From the NCBI GenBank assembly GCA_963769935.1, contig CAVYNY010000016.1, forward strand, positions 64,001 to 128,000: DNA of 64,000 nt, read 5' to 3'. Positions 50,921-60,376 of the stretch are shown here, one piece after another. Made by a program: the position numbers and the translations under genes. The notes beneath the pieces are model-generated. The model ran no database searches and was not told where the DNA came from. It was given only the letters and a program-made list of their open reading frames with translations. The DNA is from an uncultured delta proteobacterium. Its GTDB lineage: Bacteria > Desulfobacterota > Desulfobacteria > Desulfobacterales > JAFDCJ01. Numbering within the stretch: the first letter of the stretch is position 1; the number at the start of each line of letters is the position of its first letter.

Positions 50921-51289
50921 CTAGACTGCGATATAAATCCCTCTGCTTTTGCGTTTTATTTTACCGGTTTTGTTTAAACGAAAAATGATGTTGCGAATTT
51001 TTTTCTCGTCAAAACCGGTTTTGGCCTGAATTTGAGCAAATCCGATGCCTTCTTTGGAATTTCTAATGGTATCGAGCACGATATCCACGGCCATCAACGA
51101 CGCTTTTCTGCGGCCGATCGGAGCTTTGGCACTGTAAGAGTCCATGGATAGATTATTAATCATAGATTCAAGCCGGTCCAGTTTGGCCATCAGGTGGTCA
51201 ACATCTTTTTTGGTGGGGATGTTATAATTATGCATAAAAAATTTGACCATGGCATCAAAACTGATTGGCCTCCCCTTCCTTCTGGGCAT
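50921..51289 (-). CDS. Small basic protein with phasin-like coiled coil and C-terminal winged-helix domain
   Basis: AGGAGG RBS before ATG 51289. NIPTKKDVDHLMAKLDRLE, then IQAKTGFDEKKIRNIIFRLNKTGKIKRKSRGIY. Confidence 0.75.
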   Translation of the reverse strand: MPRRKGRPISFDAMVKFFMHNYNIPTKKDVDHLMAKLDRLESMINNLSMDSYSAKAPIGRRKASLMAVDIVLDTIRNSKEGIGFAQIQAKTGFDEKKIRNIIFRLNKTGKIKRKSRGIYIAV

Positions 51290-51308
51290 GGGAACCTCCT
51301 TTGTCAAA

Positions 51309-51390
51309 ATCAGCGACCACCGGCGGAGCTGTGGATATGATGAAGCACCCTGGAAGGGGCCGACGATTTGCTCCGCCGGTGGTCGCTGAT
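51309..51390. promoter_or_regulatory. Perfect 21-bp inverted repeat directly upstream of an RBS
   Basis: atcagcgaccaccggcggagc (51309-51329) and gctccgccggtggtcgctgat (51370-51390). Confidence 0.6.
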
Positions 51391-51625
51391 ATATATCAAT
51401 AATTAGAGAATTTTAAATTCATATCCCTACCTTGTGCCTTCGTGTCTTAGTGGCTGGATTTTTACCCACTGTCTAACCCAAAGAAATTACGATAAAATTA
51501 AGGAATATTCATCGAAAAGTCAAGTAATAGCGTTTGTCATAAATATGTTCAGATGTTGGGATTGAAAATATTTTGATTAATTGATACCTAATCCGGATGA
51601 ACCGGAACCAAAAAGCCGACATTAA

Positions 51626-51691
51626 TCACGAAAGGACGAAAACACGGAAAAAATTAAATTTCGTGCTTTCGTGCTTTCGCGTTTTCGTGAT
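51626..51691. repeat. Inverted-repeat element, CACGAAA family
   Basis: atcacgaaaggacgaaaacacgg versus tttcgtgctttcgtgctttcgcgttttcgtgat. Confidence 0.75.
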
Positions 51692-51729
51692 GAAAACATT
51701 TTTTTATAAAATGGCAAGAGATCTCTATA

Positions 51730-52584
51730 ATGACATCACCCCGAACATTGCTTAAAGCCTGGAACCTCAAACCCAAAAAGTATTTGGGACAGTCTTTTCT
51801 TACTGACCCGTCGATTGCCCGCACGATTATCGCCAGGGCCGACTTATCATCCCAAGATGTGGTTTTGGAGATCGGTGCCGGTTTGGGTGCTTTAACCATC
51901 CCCCTGGCACGGACCGTTAAAAAAGTATATGCCGTAGAAAAAGATAACCAGCTGATTGATTTGCTCAAAACGGAATTGCTGGCCAATCAAATTTCAAATT
52001 GTGAAATCATCTCAGGCAATATTCTTCAGATGGATTTGCGCCAATTTGCAGAATCCGGCGGGCGCAAAATTACGGTGATCGGCAACCTGCCCTACAATAT
52101 TTCTTCCCAGGTAATTATCAAACTGATTCACTCACGCCACGAATTTGAACGCGCGATTTTCATGTTTCAAAAAGAACTGGCCCAACGCATCGCAGCCCGT
52201 CCGGGCGGGAAACAATACGGCCGCATAACGGCCGTGCTGCGATACTGTGCTGATATTCGAACCCTTTTATATGTCAGCACTTCCGCCTTTTATCCGACGC
52301 CGAAAGTGGACTCGGCCGTTATTGAAATCAAATTTAAACCCACAACAGGATACGGCTCCCATGACGAAGCCATGCTGTTTGCCGTCATCAAAGCGGCATT
52401 CGGCAACAGACGCAAAACCTTAAAAAACGCGCTTGCGGCCAGCGGGCTTCAAATCGATTCCCAAATCGCCCTGCAAGCCTTGTCGTCTGCAGGGATCGAC
52501 CCTTCCCGCCGGGCGGAGACTCTGGAACCGTCTGAATTTATATCGCTGGAAATCGGCCTGAGAAAGGCCATGGATAAAGGATAA
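51730..52584 (+). CDS. rsmA: 16S rRNA (adenine-N6)-dimethyltransferase
   Basis: KKYLGQSFL, EIGAGLGALT, GNLPYNISS, MFQKE, PKVDS, RRKTL. Confidence 0.95.
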   Translation: MTSPRTLLKAWNLKPKKYLGQSFLTDPSIARTIIARADLSSQDVVLEIGAGLGALTIPLARTVKKVYAVEKDNQLIDLLKTELLANQISNCEIISGNILQMDLRQFAESGGRKITVIGNLPYNISSQVIIKLIHSRHEFERAIFMFQKELAQRIAARPGGKQYGRITAVLRYCADIRTLLYVSTSAFYPTPKVDSAVIEIKFKPTTGYGSHDEAMLFAVIKAAFGNRRKTLKNALAASGLQIDSQIALQALSSAGIDPSRRAETLEPSEFISLEIGLRKAMDKG

Positions 52585-52810
52585 AGGTGTCAGGTGTCAG
52601 CGCGCAGGCCTCAGAGCGTCCGGTTAGATCAAAGAAGAAAATTTTATGCTGCCTGTCGACGGATTCAAGATATTGTGGGAGCGGTTTTTAACCGCGATAA
52701 ACTCGGTAGGGCTGCCATAGAAAATCGTGGTTGAAAACCACTCCTACCCGGCATAAACTGCTACCGAAAAAATCATCGGTCGCCTGATTTTTCGCTGACA
52801 CCTGAAACCT
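52585..52810. repeat. TTTCAGG/TGTCAG-family element with nested REP doublet
   Basis: aggtgtcaggtgtcagcg...cgctgacacctgaaacct encloses tgtgggagcggtttttaaccgcgat / atcgtggttgaaaaccactcctac (52674-52747). Confidence 0.72.
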
Positions 52811-52959
52811 AAACTCTAAAGGCTGAATCCGGAATCTTGAACCCAGAACCTTGAACCCAGAACCTCTGGACCCGATTTAATGCTTGACCGTCATGTGTAG
52901 TGGTATTAATATTAAACCATCGCGAACTTCTGAAATATCCAACTTTAAAGGAGAATAAA

Positions 52960-53256
52960 ATGGCAGTAAAAATCCTGATTAAGCGTAAAGTCCCCCATGA
53001 AAAGGCCCGCGAAATGATTCCGCTTTTCCGGCAAATGCGGGCCTCCGCCGCAACCCAGTCAGGCTATATCACCGGGGAGACCCTGAGAAGTCTGGATAAT
53101 CCGGAAGAATTCCTGGTCATCAGCACCTGGCAGTCATCTGAGGACTGGAATAAATGGATGCAAAGCGAGGAGCGCAATAAGGTTCAGCGTAAAATCGATG
53201 GATTGCTGGGGGGCGAGACCCGCTACGAAATATACCATTACGGATTTTCAGAGTAG
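52960..53256 (+). CDS. Antibiotic biosynthesis monooxygenase (ABM)-like protein
   Basis: AAGGAG RBS. QSGYITGETL, FLVISTWQSSEDW. Confidence 0.8.
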   Translation: MAVKILIKRKVPHEKAREMIPLFRQMRASAATQSGYITGETLRSLDNPEEFLVISTWQSSEDWNKWMQSEERNKVQRKIDGLLGGETRYEIYHYGFSE

Positions 53257-53400
53257 CAATCCGCAGCATCGCAAGAAATCAGCATTCGCTCCTTGAAGCG
53301 TTGGTGTTGGTACTGCCGTACAGGGCCAAATATACAGAACGCTGCGATGCATGCGCGATTATTCCCGCCGTTCTGAATAACGTTGTGAAAATTCTATATC

Positions 53401-53468
53401 GTAGGGTGGGCATTGCCCACCAAAGATAGCCTGTCTTGCTTGTTAACGGTGGGCAATGCCCACCCTAC
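53401..53468. repeat. GTAG-type REP doublet (REPIN)
   Basis: gtagggtgggcattgcccacc and its exact inverse ggtgggcaatgcccaccctac, between convergent genes. Confidence 0.88.
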
Positions 53469-53510
53469 ATCTAAAAATTACTACATCACGAAAAAACAAA
53501 TCGTCGACGC

Positions 53511-54776
53511 TTACAAAAGCTTAGCGACCGACACCGTTCGATCGCCAAGCATGTTGACGTAACTTCCCATTTCATTATCGTACCAGCCATATATGACCGC
53601 CTGGGTTACCGGTATCCTGACAACCGTACCGCCCGAATCAGATTGCAGATTTGTCTGCAGACCCGGAATATTCGCGAGATCGATGGTTGCTTCTGCGGTT
53701 CGGCTGTGGGTTTCGGCGCCTTCAATGGTCGCGGCTACCCGCGGGAGGCCGATGATATCTCCGGAAACATTCTGTTTCTCGGTATAGTACAGATAGCCGT
53801 CCGGGCTGTCGGCGGAAGCCTGCCGGTAGATATCGTTGATCATTTCCCGGCGGACATATTCCCCTCCCGGTTCTTCCTGCAAATTGATCACCAGAATAAT
53901 CAGCGATCCGGTGCTGGTGGGAATTCTCACCGATTCGGCGATAAAGGCAATTTCTTCCATTTCAGGAATGACCAACCGGAGCGCTCTGGCCGCTCCGGTG
54001 GTCGTGAGAATGATATTGTTCATAATACTTCGGTTCTTGCGCAAATCGGTATTGCCGGACTTGGGCAGCCGGTCCAGAACTTGCTGGGAACCGGTAGCGG
54101 CATGCACGGTTGCCATCGATGCGGACATTATTTTTTTGGGGCCAAAGGAATCAATCAGGGGTTTCATCATATGCGCCAGACAGGTGGTGGTACATGAGGC
54201 ATTGGATATGATTTTATGGCGTCTGGGATCATAGTCATTGGTATTGATGCCCATCACGGTGGTGACGGCATCCTCCGGGGTGGAAGCCCTTTGGTCCTTG
54301 GTTTTAAAGGGAGCGGAAATAATCACCTTATCCGCCCCGCAGGCCAGATGACCTCTGATGGTTCCCCGCGGGTTGTCCAATCCCAGGTTCGGATCCAGAA
54401 ATTGACCGGTCGTATCAACCACCAGCCGCACATTCTGTTGATCCCAGCCGATATCGGCCGGGTCCCGCTGACTTCTTAAGAAACGGACTTTGATACCGTC
54501 AATGACCATCGATCCGGCGGCTTCATTCAGATCACCGATAACCGGCCGCCCCTTGTGACCGTAAAGATATGCATGGAGCCAGCCATAAGTGGAATCCCTT
54601 TCAACATAGTGCACGATATCCTCAAGCGATGTCCCGACCAGGCGCCCGACGTTGACGACGATCTCCTTAAAGTACTTACGCGCCACATGGTGCCACACGG
54701 TCAACTTCCCGATTCGGCCAAACCCGTTTACGCCCAGTTTTAATCCAAAGCTACCGGCATTTGTCATGTCCATCAT
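53511..54776 (-). CDS. Glyceraldehyde-3-phosphate dehydrogenase family protein (divergent, with insertions)
   Basis: GVNGFGRIG, SNASCTTTCLA, TTTGAA, WYDNE. Confidence 0.88.
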   Translation of the reverse strand: MMDMTNAGSFGLKLGVNGFGRIGKLTVWHHVARKYFKEIVVNVGRLVGTSLEDIVHYVERDSTYGWLHAYLYGHKGRPVIGDLNEAAGSMVIDGIKVRFLRSQRDPADIGWDQQNVRLVVDTTGQFLDPNLGLDNPRGTIRGHLACGADKVIISAPFKTKDQRASTPEDAVTTVMGINTNDYDPRRHKIISNASCTTTCLAHMMKPLIDSFGPKKIMSASMATVHAATGSQQVLDRLPKSGNTDLRKNRSIMNNIILTTTGAARALRLVIPEMEEIAFIAESVRIPTSTGSLIILVINLQEEPGGEYVRREMINDIYRQASADSPDGYLYYTEKQNVSGDIIGLPRVAATIEGAETHSRTAEATIDLANIPGLQTNLQSDSGGTVVRIPVTQAVIYGWYDNEMGSYVNMLGDRTVSVAKLL

Positions 54777-54793
54777 CCTTCCTGTCTCTAATG

Positions 54794-54928
54794 ATTGAAT
54801 ATATTAGATTGAATATTGAAAATTTAAGGTACGCCTCCGGCGAATCTATTATCCTAACATCAATAGTAAAAATGGCGGAGCAGAGCGACCTCCACAAATA
54901 TTCAATATTCAGTATTCAATTTTAAATT
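54794..54928. repeat. MITE-like element, ATTGAAT/ATTCAAT family
   Basis: Near-copy of 31303-31414. Confidence 0.8.
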
Positions 54929-54940
54929 CCCACTACCCTT

Positions 54941-57900
54941 CTACGTTTCCTTCACCTTAACCAATCCCTTAAAGACAGATCCTTCCTGGCCGTCAATGCT
55001 GATATGATCACCGGATTTTACAAATGTCTGGTTAAAGAAACAACTTTTTTGCCGCTCATCACAAAGCAGATCACCGCACCCCACAACACAAGTTTTGCCA
55101 AGCCGGTGGGCAACCACGGCCGCATGCGATGTCAACCCGCCCCTGGCTGTCAGCAAGCCGTCCGCAGCGTGAATTTCTCGAATATCGTCGGGCACAGTAT
55201 CGGCTCTGGCAAGAATTAAGTTGGTTTGCGGTTCATTGATACGCCATTCTTCAATCTCTTTAAGATTGAACACCAGCCGTCCGCCCATTGCGCCGCCGCT
55301 CACACCGATCCCATGCCCCAGGTAAACGGCTTCATTTTTCTCGTTGAAGTCAAAGGTCAGTGCTTTTTTACGCTCACGGATGGCCAGGTCACGGGTTTGG
55401 AGCAGGTATAAATCTTTAACCGACGGGCTTTCAAAGGTAAATTCCATTTCCTGGGGACTCCATTTTTTCTCGTCGATCAGATCATGCGACCAATTCTTTA
55501 AAGCAGTATAAATTTGCGGAAAATGGGTTTCCAGGGTGATATCTGTGTCCCGCATTTCGATTTCCTGCTGAAATATCGAAATAGGATTTGTTCTGACCAA
55601 CCCGGAGACAACATCCTCGCCCTGGTTGCCGATGGTAAAGTCGCCCCACAATTTTAAGGTGTCGCCGGACCATCGGGGGTTGTGGGTAAAAATAACACCG
55701 GAGCCTGATTTCTCGGATATGTTGCCGTAAACCATTGCCTGAACGGTAACCGCCGTGCCCCAATCGTCTGAAATCCCCATAATTTGACGGTAAGCTCCGG
55801 CCCTGGCGGATTCCCATGAGTCCAAAACGCTTTTGATTGCCATGTAGAGCTGGTCAAACGGCGTTTCCAGGACTACAACCCCCGAATCCTGAATCAAGGC
55901 TTTATAGATCAGAGCCACCTGCTTCATTTGCTCGCCGGTGAATTCTCTTTTGTAGGGAACTCCCTGCTTGATTTTCTGTTCATTGATGATCGCGTCGAAC
56001 TCATCGCGCTTGAGTCCGAAAGCCATTCCGTAGCATTGCAGAAACCGGCGGTAATTGTCCCAGGCAAACCAGGCGTTTCCGGTTTTGGCGGCAACTCCCG
56101 CCGCAATCTCCTCGTTGTTGCCCACATCCAGCAAAGTATCCATCATGCCGGGCTGGGAAATCGAAGCGCCGCTGCGTACGGATAGCAGCAGCGGGTTCTT
56201 TGGATCGGCGAAGGTTTTGCCGCTTATTTTTTCCAGTTTAGCTATGTTGCGGGCTACCTGTTCCTTGAAATTTTCAGTCGCCGGCGGATAGCTGTCGATG
56301 ACCCGGCGGCAGCGAAATACTTCGGTGGTGATGATAAATCCAGGCGGCACGGGAAAACCGAAATTCTTCAGTTTGACCAGGTTGAGCCCCTTGTTGCCCA
56401 GGTGAATGATGCCCGTCACACGACTTCTAGCGGAGTGGATCGGGGTCATGGCACTTTGAGGATCATAAAGCAGCAGCTGATGCAGAAGATCTTTGGGCAA
56501 CTTATAGGATTGCTGGAAAAGCGTCGTCAGAATCCTGCTCAGGAATAAATCCAGCTGTTGCAATCCCAGAGACAGTGCAATCTGCTCCCGGAAAAACATT
56601 TCGGACACCCGGTGTTCAAGTTTATCACCGTCTTCCAGCTGTTCCCTGGGAAGAAATTTCGGCAGGATCTGATCGGTGGAAATCTGCGACAGGATGCGGT
56701 TGAGGTTCTGGCCGTGAATATTGTGAAAATGGTCGTGGATAATGTTTCTGACCGCCTGGGCGAAACCTTTAAATATATCCAGGTACTGGGTCTGAGTGAA
56801 CCCTTTGACTTCCAGCGAATGGGCCAAAAATTCCAGCTGGCGCTCAATTTCTACCGATAATATCCCGTCCAGTTTCAATGCTTTGTCAAACAGCCTTAAA
56901 AGGCTGTATATCTGGTAAAAGGTGGCTTTGGTAATCAAGCTCAGATCGATATCTCGAATAAGTTCTTCGAGCAGCACATTCACCAGGGCCTCCAATCGAA
57001 AGGTGAGTCCCAGACAATCAAATTTCATCTCGTGATAACTGCCGTACATGGAAGGAATGTCAATGGTGATATGTCTTTTTTTATAAATATTCTCTTTGAT
57101 TTCAAATGATTGTTCGGAGGTAATAATATCTTTGAGTTTTTCGAGATAATCCAACAGCATAAAGAGCCTTATTTTTATATCGGGCTCGGCCAGCGCCTTT
57201 TCCACCCGCTGCAAATCCGGCAGGGCTTCGGTGCGCAGCTGGGAGATATACCCTGCCAGTTCATGGTAATCAAAGCGGTATTTTTGATGGAGCAATTTAT
57301 AAAGGGTCATGGATAAGACGGCGCGTTCCCGATCAACGTCGGGGACATCGGGAATCTCGGCCAACAGGCTGCCTATTTTCTTTCCGGAAAGCGTCAGTAG
57401 ATCATGAGGAATTTCGATGCCCTTCTCTGCCAGATAAGAGTATATCTTATGGACACCGTCGATAAATGGTCCGGTGGTGTCGATTTCATCATAGATCGAA
57501 GGCGGCAGGTAAGGTACCAGAAAAGTTTTATCGCGCGTCTGCCAGAAGCGCAGGGTTGCCTCCATAAACGGCACAATCCGATTGCTGCTCTCAACGTGGC
57601 TTTGTTTGCGTAAAAAATGAATGAGTCTATCCCGGCGATGCGAGATTTCATCGATCCGCGTCGAGGTGTCCCTTAATTTTCCTTCAGCCCCGATATCATT
57701 AAAAAAAACCGGAAGCAGCCTGGTGAGCTGTTTGGCAAGATTAAATACCGGTCTGATGTTGCTGTTTAAAAATCGGGTGATGTCACGCGGCAAAAGATCT
57801 ATATCTCTGATAAAGACGCCGCAGATCGAAAGATGGATAATCAGTCCGGATAGCAAACGGGTTGACCATTTCGGATTGACCTCGATCAGCTCCAGCCAGG

Positions 57901-59131
57901 TTCTGATATTCTGGATATGGGCGCCGTTGACCCTCGTTTGCCATTCATTATCCACGCCCTGGAGCATGGGTGCCTGGAAACCCAGATCGATAACACCGTT
58001 GATAAAAAAATTAACCAGATCGATTTCATCGGTGTTGTAGACACCTCTGCCCATGTTCAGCACGCAATTTAAGGCTGTCGCCGGATACATGCGGGTCTGT
58101 TCTTTTAAAATGGTAAAGGTTTTGCGGATCAGATTCTCGATAATTCGATAATTATCATTCTCGATGATCCAGGTCAGGGTCTGGTTAATCTCTCGCAGGG
58201 TTTCCTCGTGGATCAGGGATAAGCCCCTGAGATTCATGATTCGGAAAAGGAAAATTAATTTGAGGTGGTGAGCACGGCCTTTTTTATCAAATTTTTGCAA
58301 CAGCTGCCGCGGAATTCGGCGGTAGGTTTCTAAAATCTGTCCGAAACCGGGAAGCTCCAGCAACCGTGTCAACACCTCGCGGGATTCGATCGCCTGATCC
58401 TGTATCGTCGATTTAAGCTGACCCTGCCATTCATGGAGCTGGTGATGGGATATGGGGTTAAAAAATTCAGTCAATGGGTTTCCATCCAAGACTACATCCG
58501 CTTCCTTTTCAAACCAGGTCTGAGGATCTTCCACATCCAGCCAGTAACTGTAAGTATGGCCATAATATTTTATCAGCAAAAGATTAAGGGATCGGTAATT
58601 GGTGCCGGACTGGGCCGAACTTTCCAGATAAGCTCGCGCCAACCGGTTAATCCCATAGTAGCTTCTTACGAACATAGCGAAGAGGTCATCCGGTAAACTG
58701 CGAATTCGTACATGAGCGGCATCGATGACCGGTTGAAAATCCTCAAATCTCGGGCCGGAGTCGTTAATTGATTTTTGAATAAACAACAAAATGTTGTCGA
58801 CCGAATCTCTTTTGACATCTTCTTCTCTGCAATCCTCTAAAGCGTTGATCAAAATATCGATGAGCAGCCGGGCCGCCTCAGGTCCTCCGGGGTGATTCTT
58901 GAGCAGATGAAAATATTCCAGCGCATATTTGCGAGCTTCCGTAACGATAAACCGCCAATTGCGGTAGGGATGCGACAGCTCTTTCAGAAAGGTATTCAAA
59001 CCTTCCAACAAGCCGTAATATTTCGACATTACCTCCTGCAAGACGACGTATTTGGCATCTATCGTGACGTCAACATGGTAATCGGCCAGGTTAATCTCAA
59101 GGGCTTTGGATTTTACTTTCAAAGGTGACAA
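54941..59131 (-). CDS. PPDK-like protein: about 900-aa unknown N-terminal region, nucleotide-binding domain and phospho-His domain; no pyruvate-binding barrel
   Basis: GNKGLNL, VRSGAS..PGMMDT, VQAMVYGN, QGEDVVSG, LLQTR, GGLTSHAAVVA. The protein ends about 50 aa later. Start may be TTG 59122. Confidence 0.85.
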   Translation of the reverse strand: MSPLKVKSKALEINLADYHVDVTIDAKYVVLQEVMSKYYGLLEGLNTFLKELSHPYRNWRFIVTEARKYALEYFHLLKNHPGGPEAARLLIDILINALEDCREEDVKRDSVDNILLFIQKSINDSGPRFEDFQPVIDAAHVRIRSLPDDLFAMFVRSYYGINRLARAYLESSAQSGTNYRSLNLLLIKYYGHTYSYWLDVEDPQTWFEKEADVVLDGNPLTEFFNPISHHQLHEWQGQLKSTIQDQAIESREVLTRLLELPGFGQILETYRRIPRQLLQKFDKKGRAHHLKLIFLFRIMNLRGLSLIHEETLREINQTLTWIIENDNYRIIENLIRKTFTILKEQTRMYPATALNCVLNMGRGVYNTDEIDLVNFFINGVIDLGFQAPMLQGVDNEWQTRVNGAHIQNIRTWLELIEVNPKWSTRLLSGLIIHLSICGVFIRDIDLLPRDITRFLNSNIRPVFNLAKQLTRLLPVFFNDIGAEGKLRDTSTRIDEISHRRDRLIHFLRKQSHVESSNRIVPFMEATLRFWQTRDKTFLVPYLPPSIYDEIDTTGPFIDGVHKIYSYLAEKGIEIPHDLLTLSGKKIGSLLAEIPDVPDVDRERAVLSMTLYKLLHQKYRFDYHELAGYISQLRTEALPDLQRVEKALAEPDIKIRLFMLLDYLEKLKDIITSEQSFEIKENIYKKRHITIDIPSMYGSYHEMKFDCLGLTFRLEALVNVLLEELIRDIDLSLITKATFYQIYSLLRLFDKALKLDGILSVEIERQLEFLAHSLEVKGFTQTQYLDIFKGFAQAVRNIIHDHFHNIHGQNLNRILSQISTDQILPKFLPREQLEDGDKLEHRVSEMFFREQIALSLGLQQLDLFLSRILTTLFQQSYKLPKDLLHQLLLYDPQSAMTPIHSARSRVTGIIHLGNKGLNLVKLKNFGFPVPPGFIITTEVFRCRRVIDSYPPATENFKEQVARNIAKLEKISGKTFADPKNPLLLSVRSGASISQPGMMDTLLDVGNNEEIAAGVAAKTGNAWFAWDNYRRFLQCYGMAFGLKRDEFDAIINEQKIKQGVPYKREFTGEQMKQVALIYKALIQDSGVVVLETPFDQLYMAIKSVLDSWESARAGAYRQIMGISDDWGTAVTVQAMVYGNISEKSGSGVIFTHNPRWSGDTLKLWGDFTIGNQGEDVVSGLVRTNPISIFQQEIEMRDTDITLETHFPQIYTALKNWSHDLIDEKKWSPQEMEFTFESPSVKDLYLLQTRDLAIRERKKALTFDFNEKNEAVYLGHGIGVSGGAMGGRLVFNLKEIEEWRINEPQTNLILARADTVPDDIREIHAADGLLTARGGLTSHAAVVAHRLGKTCVVGCGDLLCDERQKSCFFNQTFVKSGDHISIDGQEGSVFKGLVKVKET

Positions 59132-59389
59132 CCTCCGGAATCGAATATCATGGTCGGCTCATCCCAGATAGGGGTTAAAATGAAGCGATTCAAGTACTCC
59201 CATATTCATCAGCAAAATGCGGACTGTCAAGAAAATATCAGAGCCGGAGGTGAATTTCAAGGAAAGGATTGGGGGAGGGTATATCGGGGTAAACGCGATA
59301 AATATAAGCATCAGCGCATTGCCTAAACTATCAACTTTTTACCTATAGAAAGGTTTCAGGTGTCACCATCACTCCAACACCCCATCGCC

Positions 59390-60004
59390 CTATCTCGCCA
59401 ACCCAATCAGCCGATACACCACCATACCCGCCAGCCAGGCTACATCTTCGGGCGAGAGGATCCGGCCGATGTTTTTGTCAAAAAGGATGTTGGCTTCCGC
59501 CGGGAATTCATCGTCGCCGCTCCAGATAATCAGCTGCAGGGAAACGGCCGGCAGGACCCTGATTTCAAAACCGGCATCACCGGTGTCAATTTTCGCAGCG
59601 TTCAGCTGCCGGGTGGACCTGGAAAATCCGGCAATATCCCCGCCGAAAACCTTTTTTAAGGGCTCAACCGCCCGTTTAACAAATGCACCGAAATAAAAAC
59701 CGGCGCCGGGAATTTCCCGGTACGATATCCACTGGCGGGCCGGTGACGGCATCTTTCCGGCCAGCATGTAATGCAAAATCAGAACCTGCTCCTGGAGCGG
59801 GACCCCCTGATCGTTTGCTGCCGCATCTTCAAACTCGAATTGCGGGTAGACCACCCGATAAACACGGTCGAGAAAAGGGATGCGAAATGAACTTTGACCG
59901 AAAGATTCGAAGCCGGTTTGCTTTAAAATGATTTCAAAAGGTACGCGGGACAGCTCTTCGATGGCTAATTTTCTGGCGTTGATGTAGTCGTCAATGCGGG
60001 GCAT
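59390..60004 (-). CDS. DUF3786-like protein
   Basis: LILHY, WISYREIPG, LPAVSL..WSGDDEFPAEANILFD, EDVA. ATG 60004. Confidence 0.75.
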   Translation of the reverse strand: MPRIDDYINARKLAIEELSRVPFEIILKQTGFESFGQSSFRIPFLDRVYRVVYPQFEFEDAAANDQGVPLQEQVLILHYMLAGKMPSPARQWISYREIPGAGFYFGAFVKRAVEPLKKVFGGDIAGFSRSTRQLNAAKIDTGDAGFEIRVLPAVSLQLIIWSGDDEFPAEANILFDKNIGRILSPEDVAWLAGMVVYRLIGLAR

Positions 60005-60031
60005 GATAATTGTCCGTGTTACGGGATACAT

Positions 60032-60373
60032 GGTACGGGGTGCGGGTTGCGCGGTGCGCGTCTCGGGTTACGCAGTGCGAGTTTCGCGGTTCGAATGCCG
60101 GGTACCGCGACGCAGATCGCGACCTTCTGTCTAGAGGAGCTTGCGCCCGGCGGGAGTGAAACATCATAGTTTTTAAATCTATGCCTTACAGTGCAATTTT
60201 ATGTATTACGATGTCAATGGATTGGAAAGCCCTGCTCCAGAGGAGAAGGGCTTTTTCAAAGCAGCAAAGGTTCCGCAGGGGTAATTACCTTAACAGGCTT
60301 CTATGCAGGACAATCACCTAAACCCGCAACTCGTTGCCCGTACCTCGCAATCAGCACCGCGCAACCCGCAACG
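60032..60373. repeat. Inverted heptamer arms (GGTTGCG/CGCAACC family)
   Basis: gggtgcgggttgcgcggtgcg (60038-60085) versus cccgcaactcg...cgcaacccgcaacgcg (60323-60375). Also at 62664-62751. Confidence 0.65.
60226..60256. terminator. Hairpin terminator downstream of acsE
   Basis: AAAGCCCT..CTCC AGA GGAG..AGGGCTTTTT. Confidence 0.55.
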
Positions 60374-60376
60374 CGT

